This document shows, piece by piece, positions 46,281-55,828 of a DNA stretch of 64,000 bases (position 1 is the stretch's first letter; each line of letters starts with the position of its first letter). The DNA comes from Fidelibacterota bacterium (GTDB lineage: Bacteria; Fidelibacterota; UBA8477; JABMPR01). Under the pieces are notes generated by a model. The model was given only the letters and a program-made list of their open reading frames with translations. It made no database searches and was not told the origin of the DNA. Both the position numbers and the translations under genes were made by a program. The stretch spans positions 52,490 through 116,489 of the forward strand of contig JADHVL010000002.1 in the NCBI GenBank assembly GCA_016784025.1, given 5' to 3'.

Positions 46281-47225
46281 TTGATGAGATTCAAGTGGTT
46301 TCCAAAACAGATATCCAAATCAATTTCTATCCTTAGTTTAACTTTATTATTCTTTAACTGCAATCAAGCGCAGGAGCCTATGAACTACAATAAACTAACC
46401 CCTGAAGAACAAAGAGTAATTCTCAATAAAGGCACTGAAAGACCATTCAGCGGAAAATTCGAACATCATGAAGAAACTGGGACCTATACCTGTAAACAGT
46501 GTGATGCCCCTCTTTATCGTTCCGGAGATAAATTTGATGCTCAGTGCGGCTGGCCCAGCTTTGATGATGAAATACCTGGGGCTGTAAAACGAGTGACTGA
46601 CTCCGATGGCAGCAGAACAGAAATTCTTTGTTCCAATTGTGGTGGTCATCTCGGCCATGTATTTTTGGGAGAAGGATTTACATCCAAGAATACCCGACAT
46701 TGTGTCAACTCAATTTCCCTGAATTTTGAACCTGTGGAGATTAACATGGAAAAAGCAATTTTCGCCTCTGGTTGTTTCTGGGGTGTGGAGTATCAACTTC
46801 AAAAAGTGGATGGCGTCATTTCAACCAGTGTGGGCTATACCGGTGGATTTCTACCCAACCCGACTTATAAACAGGTTTGTACGGGGACCACAGGACATGC
46901 AGAAGCGGTAGAAGTTGTATTCGACCCTAAAAAGGTAAGCTATGAGACTTTGACCAGATTATTTTTCGAAACCCATGATCCCACTCAAATCGATGGTCAG
47001 GGACCAGATATTGGCACCCAGTATCGATCAGAAATTTTCTATCTCTCTAATGATCAGAAAGCCACCGCTGAAAAACTGATTAAACTGCTTGAAGATAAGG
47101 GTCTGGATGTTGCGACAGCATTGACACCAGCAGTTGAGTTTTTCCATGGTGAGGATTATCATCAGGACTACTACATCAAATCAGGTGGTACACCCTATTG
47201 TCACGCTTACACCAAGAGATTTTGA
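46281..47225 (+). CDS. msrBA: Bifunctional methionine sulfoxide reductase, MsrB-MsrA order, possibly a lipoprotein
   Basis: MsrB: GTERPF, CxxC, GWPSF, CxxC, HLGHVF, RHCVNS. MsrA: GCFWG, GHAEAV, QYRS, EDYHQDY. TTG start after AAGGAG; hydrophobic segment ending FFNC. Confidence 0.93.
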   Translation: MMRFKWFPKQISKSISILSLTLLFFNCNQAQEPMNYNKLTPEEQRVILNKGTERPFSGKFEHHEETGTYTCKQCDAPLYRSGDKFDAQCGWPSFDDEIPGAVKRVTDSDGSRTEILCSNCGGHLGHVFLGEGFTSKNTRHCVNSISLNFEPVEINMEKAIFASGCFWGVEYQLQKVDGVISTSVGYTGGFLPNPTYKQVCTGTTGHAEAVEVVFDPKKVSYETLTRLFFETHDPTQIDGQGPDIGTQYRSEIFYLSNDQKATAEKLIKLLEDKGLDVATALTPAVEFFHGEDYHQDYYIKSGGTPYCHAYTKRF

Positions 47226-47241
47226 TCAATTCCCCTCTAAA

Positions 47242-48834
47242 CTAGGATTTGTCTATATCAACATCTCCATAGAGTTTCTGCAACCTGACTAATTCTTGTT
47301 TGGTTTCCTGAACGATTTTCGCATAGGCTGGATCTGAGTAAACATTGTTCATCTCGGATGGGTCTTGCTCCAGATCAAACAGTTCCCAAAAACCATCTTC
47401 CTCATAGAAGTGAATTAACTTATAGCGTTCTGTTCTAACACCATAGTGTCGTCTCACATCATGCCAGCCATGAGGGTGTTCATAGTAGTGGTAGTATATG
47501 GATTCGCGCCAGTCATCAGGAGTGTTTCCCCTCACGATACCACGCAATGAATGACCCTGCATCTCGGCTGGAATTGCAATTCCGGCGAAGTCAAGGAAAG
47601 TGGATGAAAAATCCAGATTCATAACCATGCTATCTGCAACCTGACCTGCCTGAATCTCCAAGGGGTATCGCATTACCAGAGGCATGCTCAATGATTCCTC
47701 ATACATAAATCGTTTGTCATACCAACCATGTTCACCCAGATAAAAACCTTGATCAGATGTGTACACCACAAGCGTGTTCTCCGTCAAGCCATTTTGATCT
47801 AGATAGTCAAGAACACGACCAACATTTTCGTCAACTGATAGGATGCAACGCAGATAATCTTTGAGATAGTGCTGATATTTCCAGTTTAGTAACTCATCAC
47901 CGGTAAGCTTGAGACGCTTAAATTCCTCATTTACTTTATCGTAATGGGCATCCCAACCTGCTTTCTGCTCATCAGTCATCCGGTTGTATGTACGCTTCCA
48001 GGTCTCAGTAACTTTTTCCGCAAAAGATTTCTTACCGCCGGATCCTGTCTCTTCTTCAATTGACTGGGAGTGGAGCTTCATGTCAAAAGTGAGGTACATA
48101 TCGTCGATGCGCATATCAGCTTCACCTGCGGCAATACGACCGGTGTATTCATCGTGAAAATTTGCCGGCAGAGGGATATCCTGGTCATTGTAGGCATCCA
48201 GATGTTTCAGATTCGGCATCCAGTTGCGGTGGGGTGCTTTATGGTGGATCAGCATACAAAACGGTTTTGATTTATCCAATTTGTCCAGAGTCTCAAGCGC
48301 CTGGTCTGTGATGATATCAGTGGTATAACCTATGTGGGTTCTCTTTTCACCATTTTCTGTAAAATCCGGGTTGTAGTATTGCCCCTGACCTTTGAGGATA
48401 TTCCAATAATCAAACCCTGTTGGTTCTGTTTTTAGATGCCATTTCCCAACAATCGATGTGTGGTAACCTGCCTGTTGAAGCAGTTTAGGAAAAGTGAGTT
48501 GACTGCCATCAAAGGTACAGCTATGATCCAACATCCCATTCAGATGTGAATACTTACCCGTCAACAGAGTTGCTCGGCTGGGTCCGCAGATTGAATTGGT
48601 GACAAAACTATTCTGGAATCGAATCCCCTCAGATGCAATACGATCAATATTGGGTGTGTGGATCAATGTGTCATTATAGCAACTGATAGCCCTCTCGGCG
48701 TGATCGTCACTCATAATGAAAACAATGTTGGGGCGATCCTGCTTCATACATGAATTCAAGAATAAGTTTGGCGCCATCAAAGCGGTGGTACCCATACCAA
48801 CGGATTTGAGAAATTCTCTGCGAGTTGTTTTCAT
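47242..48834 (-). CDS. Formylglycine-dependent (Cys-type) sulfatase with Tat signal
   Basis: TRREFLK twin-arginine motif; RPNIVFIMSDDH, CGPSRATLLTG, GKWHL, KAPHR and YTSDQG motifs. Confidence 0.95.
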   Translation of the reverse strand: MKTTRREFLKSVGMGTTALMAPNLFLNSCMKQDRPNIVFIMSDDHAERAISCYNDTLIHTPNIDRIASEGIRFQNSFVTNSICGPSRATLLTGKYSHLNGMLDHSCTFDGSQLTFPKLLQQAGYHTSIVGKWHLKTEPTGFDYWNILKGQGQYYNPDFTENGEKRTHIGYTTDIITDQALETLDKLDKSKPFCMLIHHKAPHRNWMPNLKHLDAYNDQDIPLPANFHDEYTGRIAAGEADMRIDDMYLTFDMKLHSQSIEEETGSGGKKSFAEKVTETWKRTYNRMTDEQKAGWDAHYDKVNEEFKRLKLTGDELLNWKYQHYLKDYLRCILSVDENVGRVLDYLDQNGLTENTLVVYTSDQGFYLGEHGWYDKRFMYEESLSMPLVMRYPLEIQAGQVADSMVMNLDFSSTFLDFAGIAIPAEMQGHSLRGIVRGNTPDDWRESIYYHYYEHPHGWHDVRRHYGVRTERYKLIHFYEEDGFWELFDLEQDPSEMNNVYSDPAYAKIVQETKQELVRLQKLYGDVDIDKS

Positions 48835-48908
48835 AGACTCCCCTTTGCCATTCTGTCTGAACTGACAGTTATCCCAATTCTTGTATTCTTTCTATATCTC
48901 GAAACAGC

Positions 48909-50123
48909 TTAATTAAGCTTTCCTGCAATAAATGCTGTGGTCCAGGCTGCTTGAAAATTGTATCCGCCGGTGATGCCGTCAATGTCCAGGATCTCCCCGG
49001 CAAAATATAGATTCTCACACGCTTTGCTCTGCATTGATTTCCCATCGATACTGTCCAGACTCACCCCTCCACAGGTCACAAACTCATCCTTAAACCCTGT
49101 TTTTCCAGATACTGAATATGAGTCGTTGGTAAGGACTGTGACCAACTTATTTAGCCCCCTCTTTCCAAGTTCACTCCACCTTTTCGTCTGAGGAAGCCCA
49201 CTTTTATTGAGCAGATAACGCCACAATCTATCCGGTAAACCAAAGGGTCTAATATTAGGTAAGAGCTTGCGAGCATGTTCTTCAACCAAATCATTTAAAT
49301 GACTCAAAACGAGTTCATGATTGGCTTGATCCAACCAATTAACCCTGATATCAAAGTTATAGTCTTTTTCATTAAAGATTCTGGCACCAAAAGCTGAAAG
49401 CTTCAGAATCGCCGGTCCACTAAAGCCCCAGTGCGTGATAAGTAGGGGTCCTCTTGTTTTTAAACTGGTTCCTGGAATGCTGACCAGCACAGGATCCACT
49501 GCTACACCTGTTAATTCCACAATGGCTTCATTAGGCATATTAAATGTGAAGAGGGAAGGCACAGGCTCAACGATCTCATGGCCAAGCTTTTCTATCCATT
49601 CCAGACCCTGGGATCTGGGTGATCCCCCACTGGCTATGATGACCTTATCAAAACTCCGGGGAGGTAAATCCTGTCTGGAAAAACTCAATTCTAGTTGTTC
49701 ACCTCTGGGAGAAATTGCCTCTATCCCCGACCAATATTCGCACACTATTCCCTGAGCTTCCGCCTGATCCAGCAGACAATTAATAATACTGCTTGAATCC
49801 TGAGATACGGGGAAAACGCGCATATCATCCTGGATGAATAGCGGCACTCCTCTTGATTCAAACCACGCCATGGTGTGTTTTGTGTTAAACGTTCTCAGCG
49901 CTCGTTTCATGAGAGCCTTTCCGCGTGGGTAGCCTGCGGCCAGCGCGCTGATAGATGTATTTCCGTTGGTGACATTACATCTACCCCCTCCGGAAATTTT
50001 GACTTTGGCCAGGGAAAAACGTGTCTTTTCAAATATAACCACTTTGGCATCAGGAAAGTTTTCTTTGACTGAGATGGCTGAAAAATAGCCTGCTGCTCCT
50101 CCCCCTATGATGGCAACATCCAC
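48909..50123 (-). CDS. HI0933/YhiN family flavoprotein (second paralogue)
   Basis: GGGAAG, KVKISGGGRCNVTN, THWGFSGP, VTCGGV and GE.LD.DGITGGYNFQ motifs. Confidence 0.92.
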   Translation of the reverse strand: MDVAIIGGGAAGYFSAISVKENFPDAKVVIFEKTRFSLAKVKISGGGRCNVTNGNTSISALAAGYPRGKALMKRALRTFNTKHTMAWFESRGVPLFIQDDMRVFPVSQDSSSIINCLLDQAEAQGIVCEYWSGIEAISPRGEQLELSFSRQDLPPRSFDKVIIASGGSPRSQGLEWIEKLGHEIVEPVPSLFTFNMPNEAIVELTGVAVDPVLVSIPGTSLKTRGPLLITHWGFSGPAILKLSAFGARIFNEKDYNFDIRVNWLDQANHELVLSHLNDLVEEHARKLLPNIRPFGLPDRLWRYLLNKSGLPQTKRWSELGKRGLNKLVTVLTNDSYSVSGKTGFKDEFVTCGGVSLDSIDGKSMQSKACENLYFAGEILDIDGITGGYNFQAAWTTAFIAGKLN

Positions 50124-50140
50124 ATCAGGACCCTTTACGA

Positions 50141-50851
50141 TTATTTGTTCAGAAGATGTTGGAAGTAGCTGGGAATCTTTGCTTCGAAGGTCATTCTTTG
50201 TTTTGTGCCGGGGTGTTTAATATTGATCGAGCCTGCATGGAGGGTCAATCTCTTGATACCTCTAGCACTATCGCCATAGACCTTGTCTCCAGCAACGGGG
50301 CAGTCAATATCAGCAAAGTGTACGCGTATTTGATTTTTTCGGCCGGTGAGCAAGTCAATTTCAACTAGGCTAAATCTTTTAGATTCCTGGAGAACTTTGT
50401 AACCTGTTTTGGCGAGCTTGCCTACCTTTTGATCCTCGGTGGAATACATCTTATGGACCACATTTTCCGCTAGATATGAAGAAAGGACACCCTCCTTCTC
50501 AGCGAGGTTCCCATGGATAACTGCGTAGTATTTTTTTGTGAAGTTCTTCCACTCTTCCTGAAGATAGCGTTTATTCTTTTCACTTTTTGCAAAGACCAGC
50601 ACACCTGATGTATCCCTATCCAAACGATGGACGATATAGATCCGTTTTCGAGATTTTGGATTGCCTTTGCGGACATAATTATTTAAGGCAAAATAGGCCG
50701 TTCTATCACGAGTTTTGGCATTACTCATAGAAAGGAGACCACTCATCTTATCAACAACCAGAATATCGTCGTCTTCAAATATAATGGTGAGCCCACGGGG
50801 TTGGTGACGCTTGGAAGGTTTTTTTGTTTTCTTGCTTTCGAAGGGATCCAT
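50141..50851 (-). CDS. RluA-family RNA pseudouridine synthase
   Basis: VHRLDRDTSG, TGRKNQIRVH, GD..YG and LHA motifs. Confidence 0.93.
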   Translation of the reverse strand: MDPFESKKTKKPSKRHQPRGLTIIFEDDDILVVDKMSGLLSMSNAKTRDRTAYFALNNYVRKGNPKSRKRIYIVHRLDRDTSGVLVFAKSEKNKRYLQEEWKNFTKKYYAVIHGNLAEKEGVLSSYLAENVVHKMYSTEDQKVGKLAKTGYKVLQESKRFSLVEIDLLTGRKNQIRVHFADIDCPVAGDKVYGDSARGIKRLTLHAGSINIKHPGTKQRMTFEAKIPSYFQHLLNK

Positions 50852-50879
50852 GGCTTTTTGAATTTACCTCAATTATACA

Positions 50880-51446
50880 TTAAGAATTTGAAGGTTCTTG
50901 GAAATAATCTCGTTTAAAATAAACATAGGCCACAAAACCCCACCATGCGACCAGAGTTGCAACCACTGTCAATGCCGATGCCTGGGCAATCAGCTCTTGT
51001 TCCCCGGCACCCATCATTTGCCCATAGTCACTTAGCAGGCTTGATGTAGCTTGACCATACATGATAAAAAGAAGCCTGTCAACGGTGTAGATCAGGGTTC
51101 CAGTAAACATCATCTGAAAGCCCCAGTGTTTGGCAGTCCACAGACCCAGCCCCATGCCCCCATATATACCCAGGTACAAGAGGTGATAAACAACGGCAAT
51201 AATCCCGCTGCGATCAGCACCAAACAATGCTACAGGAGAACTAATTGAAACGAGCTCTATCAATGCGGAGATGAGGAAAAAGAATGCTGCGAATCTCATG
51301 GTAAAGCGTGGTCCCATGATACCGCTACTTTCAGCACTTTTTGTTGAAGAAGGTGGTATCCAGAGATCGTTCTCTTTCATGGCTGAACAGTAGCGACAAA
51401 AAATTGCGTCATCCTGGATTTCTTCAGCACAATATGGACATTTCAT
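50880..51446 (-). CDS. Zinc-ribbon-containing membrane protein
   Basis: MKCPYCAEEIQDDAIFCRYC followed by 4 TM segments. Confidence 0.8.
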   Translation of the reverse strand: MKCPYCAEEIQDDAIFCRYCSAMKENDLWIPPSSTKSAESSGIMGPRFTMRFAAFFFLISALIELVSISSPVALFGADRSGIIAVVYHLLYLGIYGGMGLGLWTAKHWGFQMMFTGTLIYTVDRLLFIMYGQATSSLLSDYGQMMGAGEQELIAQASALTVVATLVAWWGFVAYVYFKRDYFQEPSNS

Positions 51447-51539
51447 TCAACACACCTCATTATTTGGTGAGAGTATAATATTAATTCCCCCTGATTCCTC
51501 TATGAAGCTTGATCTATGGGAGGAAATAATTAATAGTTT

Positions 51540-51986
51540 TTAACGGCCTTTGAGCTGAACGATCTCGTAAGTATAGAGGAAATCATAAAATTCATAATCC
51601 ATTTTCAGTTCGAAGTAAAACTCTGTTGAGTAGCCTGGATTGAGGGGTTCACGAACCACAAAATTCTGAGAGAGAAGTAATTTTGAGGGATCCAGAGAAT
51701 CGTTTCCTGTGTACTTCATTGCTGAGCTTTCATTTATTAGATTCGTCTTTCCCGAAATCTCTGAGTTACCAGTGTATATTTCAAACTTGAAGATGGATGA
51801 GGTGATATCATGCTCGCCATGATTCTGGATTTTGCCTCTTATATAATCCCTCTGCATATTGACTTCAAAGTCGCTAATCTGAACCTGGTTGAACTGATCC
51901 CTGGAGAGAGAATTATCATCCATGATGGAGCAATTCACAAATAGAATTGCTGGTAGCCACATTACTATTGATTTGATTCCCATCAA
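51540..51986 (-). CDS. Hypothetical lipoprotein
   Basis: Signal ending ILFVNC; beta-rich Ig-like pattern (IRGKIQN, LNPG...F). Follows pirin directly. Confidence 0.65.
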   Translation of the reverse strand: MMGIKSIVMWLPAILFVNCSIMDDNSLSRDQFNQVQISDFEVNMQRDYIRGKIQNHGEHDITSSIFKFEIYTGNSEISGKTNLINESSAMKYTGNDSLDPSKLLLSQNFVVREPLNPGYSTEFYFELKMDYEFYDFLYTYEIVQLKGR

Positions 51987-51989
51987 AGC

Positions 51990-53006
51990 TCAGCCTCCAG
52001 AATCCTTGATTTCTTCTGTTCCATCAGAGTATCTGGCAAATCTGCCCTGGTCTGCTGAATTAACGGGATCACGTCTATCCCACGGCCACCCTCCAAATTC
52101 TGTGGCTCTATAATCATCAAAGGCTTTCTGGATTTCAGCCTGGGTGTTCATAACAAAAGGACCATAACGAACCACGGGTTCTCCGATGGGCTTACCTTGG
52201 AGGAGAAGTAGTCTGGATTGTGTCGAACCATTTTTTATGTGGATCTCATCTGAAGAAGAAATTTCAAGGGCATGGTATTCAGGGATATTCTGCCCTGCGA
52301 TTTTCAACGATTCGCCTTCGTAAAAATAAAGGTCTCGATTTACACCTGCCTCACACGATGGGAGCACAAATTCAGCGTCAGCATCCAGCGTAATCACCCA
52401 GATCGCTACCTGGTTTGTTGATTTAGATGCCCAGGAATCGGGGGCAGGAGCAGGGGCGGAAGTTGTTTCAAATTTGCCTGCAATAACGCGGGTTTCTGCT
52501 TTTCTGTCTTCCTTGTCATGAGTTTGGATGATCGGAATGGATTCTGACCAGAGCATTTTAAAGGCCGGTTCTGCAGTTTTTGATCTGGCTGGCAGGTTGA
52601 GCCAGATTTGAAACAGTTCCATAGGGTTGGGCTGATCTTCTTTTACTAATGGGAACATTTCAGAATGCTGTAGACCACTTCCTGCAGTCATCCATTGCAC
52701 ATCTCCATTTCCATAGCGACCTGCAGCTCCAGCTGAGTCGTGGTGATCCACCAGACCATCCAGCACGACTGTCACTGTTTCAAACCCACGATGTGGATGG
52801 GCAGGGAATCCCGGTATCTCACGACCGTGATACATATTCCAACCATCTTTTTGGTCAAAATCCTGACCAATATTTCGTCCAGACAGGGATGCGGCTGGAC
52901 CCATATTATCATTGCCAACAGGGTAGGCATCGTTATGGTGAACGCAGAAAAGAAAGGGGTCTCTGGTTTCCCACATGAATCCCAGGGGCTTTATATTTTT
53001 AATCAT
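51990..53006 (-). CDS. Pirin family protein
   Basis: DPFL, GFPAHPHRGFETVT, QWMTAG.G.QHSE, QIWLNLP and GPFVMNT motifs. Confidence 0.95.
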   Translation of the reverse strand: MIKNIKPLGFMWETRDPFLFCVHHNDAYPVGNDNMGPAASLSGRNIGQDFDQKDGWNMYHGREIPGFPAHPHRGFETVTVVLDGLVDHHDSAGAAGRYGNGDVQWMTAGSGLQHSEMFPLVKEDQPNPMELFQIWLNLPARSKTAEPAFKMLWSESIPIIQTHDKEDRKAETRVIAGKFETTSAPAPAPDSWASKSTNQVAIWVITLDADAEFVLPSCEAGVNRDLYFYEGESLKIAGQNIPEYHALEISSSDEIHIKNGSTQSRLLLLQGKPIGEPVVRYGPFVMNTQAEIQKAFDDYRATEFGGWPWDRRDPVNSADQGRFARYSDGTEEIKDSGG

Positions 53007-53130
53007 TAATTATTACTTCCTTATATCCCCCGAGATACAAGCATAACAATAGCTCAACTAAAAGCATTGAATATTGTTCAGAAAACTATTCCTGAACTCG
53101 TCCGAGACAAGCTGGATTTAGGCTGGGTGT

Positions 53131-53496
53131 TTATTCATTATTCTCTGGCTCAGCCCAAACGGCAAATTCGTTTCCGTTGGGATCAGAAAAGTGAAAACGT
53201 CTCCCTCCTGGAAACGAAAATATTGGTTTCATGATCTTACCTTTTGCCTGCTCAACTTTCGCTAGTGTTTCCTCGAGTCTATCACTGAAGAAGACGATCA
53301 GTACACTTCCTGAATTTGTCTCGGCTGTCAGGTCTGATTTAAAAAATCCCACATCAATTCCGGCATTGGCGCAGGCGACATAATCGGGTCCATAATCAAC
53401 AAATGACCAATCAAACACCTCTCCGAAGAAGGTTTTGGTTTGCTCCATATCTTTTGCAGGAAATTCCAGATAATTAATTTTTTCATGATTACTCAT
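53131..53496 (-). CDS. VOC/glyoxalase family protein
   Basis: INYLEFPA, FSFPGGRRFHFSDPNGNEFAVW. ATG 53496 follows GGAGGAG. Confidence 0.9.
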   Translation of the reverse strand: MSNHEKINYLEFPAKDMEQTKTFFGEVFDWSFVDYGPDYVACANAGIDVGFFKSDLTAETNSGSVLIVFFSDRLEETLAKVEQAKGKIMKPIFSFPGGRRFHFSDPNGNEFAVWAEPENNE

Positions 53497-55108
53497 TTGA
53501 TACTCCTCCAAAAGCCACACCACTGAGATCTGCCATGTCTCGTTTCCACGTAGTAAGATCGTTTTGATTAAACTGATTTAAATGGGTATGTCCACAGGCT
53601 CTGGCCATGACTTGCATCAATTCAGTAGATGCTCTGAAAAAGTTGTTCAGCTGTTGAGCTCCCTTTTCAATTTTAATGCGTGCTCTCAACTCCGGTTTCT
53701 GCGTCGCAATCCCTACAGGGCAATTGTTGGTATGGCAGGCACGCATCCCGAGACACCCGATGGCCTGGATGGCAGAATTTGAGACTGCAATGGCATCGGC
53801 ACCCAAAGCCAGGGCTTTGATAAAATCTGCAGGGAGGCGCAATCCCCCGGTGATAATCAGTGATATGTCTTGGCGACCCTGCTGATCCAGATAACGGCGC
53901 GCACGAGCAAGAGCAGGTATGGTTGGAATGGATATATTGTCTCTGAATATCAGAGGTGCAGCGCCAGTTCCTCCGCCCCTACCATCCAGGATGATGTAGT
54001 CCACACCAATATCCAGAGCTGCCTGAATATCTTTTTCGATATGCTGAGCAGAAAGTTTTACACCGATTGGTATTCCACCGGTGGCCTCTCTGACCTCCTC
54101 AGCAAACCGCTTATAATCTTCTATGTTCTCCCAGTCTGGAAAACGAGGTGGTGAGATGGCTGGTTCTCCTTCAGCCAGACCACGTACTTCTGCAATCTTG
54201 CCCTGTACTTTATTTCCAGGAAGATGACCGCCTGTTCCAGTTTTTGCCCCTTGCCCGCACTTAAAATGAAAGGCCTGACATATCTGGACCTTATCCATGG
54301 AATAGCCAAATCGAGCTGAAGCTAATTCGTAGAGATAGCGGCTATTGGCCGCCTGTTCATCGGGAAGCATACCGCCCTCACCTGAGCAGATTCCAGTTCC
54401 TGCCAGCTCTGCCCCTTTTGCCAGGGAGACTTTTGCTTCTTCAGAGAGCGCGCCAAAACTCATGTCTGATACAAAGAGGGGTCGTTCCAGAACCAGAGGT
54501 TTCCTGGCATTGGGACCAATAACTACCTCTGTTCCAACCTTAGCATCATCCAGGAGGGGTACTTTATGCAGTTGAGCAGTAAGCAATTGAATGTCTTTCC
54601 AATTGGGTAAATCCTGTCTGGGAACCCCCATGGCATCGACTCGTCCATGATGACCGGTTTCACTCAAACCTTTTTCAGTTAAATGTTGAATATATTGGGC
54701 ATGTGGCTCCTCTGGAGCACCATGAATATCTTGATATAAACCTTGATATGCATCTCGGTTATAGGGCTGAGGATTATGATCTTCCCAGCTTTTAATTTCG
54801 TCTTCATCTACCCAAACCTGATCTTTTTCAATCCAGACTGAAAATTTTTGAAGCTTCTCATCATTATTGTAAGCACTCACACCTGACTTGTAATTGTAAT
54901 CCCAATTATGCAAGCCACAGATAAGGTCATTCCCTTGAATATGCCCGTCAGACAAGAGCGCTCCCCTATGGTGACAACGGCCATAAAGCACAGAGACTTC
55001 GTCCTTCTCTGAAAATCGTGTGATGACAAGATCTACATTTCCCACCAGCGCATAGGTGGGTTCCAGTGGTTTTAATTCTGAGAAATGAGCAATTGAAACT
55101 TTATGCAT
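53489..55108 (-). CDS. Rieske 2Fe-2S domain fused to an FMN-binding glutamate synthase-like domain
   Basis: Rieske CHH...CGLH. GltS domain MSFGALS, SGEGG, GQGAK.G.GG.LPG, DGRGGGTGA, and CLGMRACHTNNCP (3Fe-4S). ATG 55108 preferred. Confidence 0.9.
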   Translation of the reverse strand: MHKVSIAHFSELKPLEPTYALVGNVDLVITRFSEKDEVSVLYGRCHHRGALLSDGHIQGNDLICGLHNWDYNYKSGVSAYNNDEKLQKFSVWIEKDQVWVDEDEIKSWEDHNPQPYNRDAYQGLYQDIHGAPEEPHAQYIQHLTEKGLSETGHHGRVDAMGVPRQDLPNWKDIQLLTAQLHKVPLLDDAKVGTEVVIGPNARKPLVLERPLFVSDMSFGALSEEAKVSLAKGAELAGTGICSGEGGMLPDEQAANSRYLYELASARFGYSMDKVQICQAFHFKCGQGAKTGTGGHLPGNKVQGKIAEVRGLAEGEPAISPPRFPDWENIEDYKRFAEEVREATGGIPIGVKLSAQHIEKDIQAALDIGVDYIILDGRGGGTGAAPLIFRDNISIPTIPALARARRYLDQQGRQDISLIITGGLRLPADFIKALALGADAIAVSNSAIQAIGCLGMRACHTNNCPVGIATQKPELRARIKIEKGAQQLNNFFRASTELMQVMARACGHTHLNQFNQNDLTTWKRDMADLSGVAFGGVSNE

Positions 55109-55279
55109 ATATGATCCTATTGATTTTGACGACAATTTAAATTTGGACAACCTATTCCAGAAATTACTGGATCAAGCAAGCTATGAAACATAAACCTCAA
55201 TGCGCACGAGACCAGCCAGTTTCACATTCAATGCGTGAGGCCTTTGTCATGCCCTGAGATTTCTCTATTCCTGATGTAT

Positions 55280-55828
55280 TCATTCTGAAACCGCTATAAG
55301 TGAAAAGCGTTTGATGGTTTCGAAATCAAGGTGATCACCTTCATCCTTACCATAATAAGCTTCCTGAATTATACCCTCTCGATCAACCAGAAAATCAGCC
55401 GGCATAATAGTCAGACCCCCAGTAAACAAGTTTGGAAGGTACCCTTTTATAAACATTCCTTTCAGAAGCGTTGGCAGGCGCATAATCATACCTGTAAAAA
55501 AACCCAGGACTGAATTCTCAATTCCATATTTTCTATAATACTTGCCATGTGGATCTGCCAGTATTGGGAATGAGGCTTGGTGTTTTTCTGTATGGCGAGT
55601 GAGTTGCTCAAGGTCAGCATTAAATATGGCCACTGTGGTGAAATCCTCACCAAATTCATCGAAACGTTGTACCAGGCTGTTCACTCTCAAATTACAGAAA
55701 GGACAAGATGCAAATCGATAGAATGATAGCATATAAGGTTTACCTGAGAATGAATCCAAATCGAACTCCGTTCTGGCTATATCCATCAATTTGATGTTCT
55801 TTACCTTTTCCCCGCTTTTGAGTCTCAC
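55280..55828 (-). CDS. AhpC/TSA (peroxiredoxin-like) redoxin
   Basis: FYRFASCPFC, FPILADP and MPADFLVD..G motifs. Confidence 0.85.
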   Translation of the reverse strand: MRLKSGEKVKNIKLMDIARTEFDLDSFSGKPYMLSFYRFASCPFCNLRVNSLVQRFDEFGEDFTTVAIFNADLEQLTRHTEKHQASFPILADPHGKYYRKYGIENSVLGFFTGMIMRLPTLLKGMFIKGYLPNLFTGGLTIMPADFLVDREGIIQEAYYGKDEGDHLDFETIKRFSLIAVSE

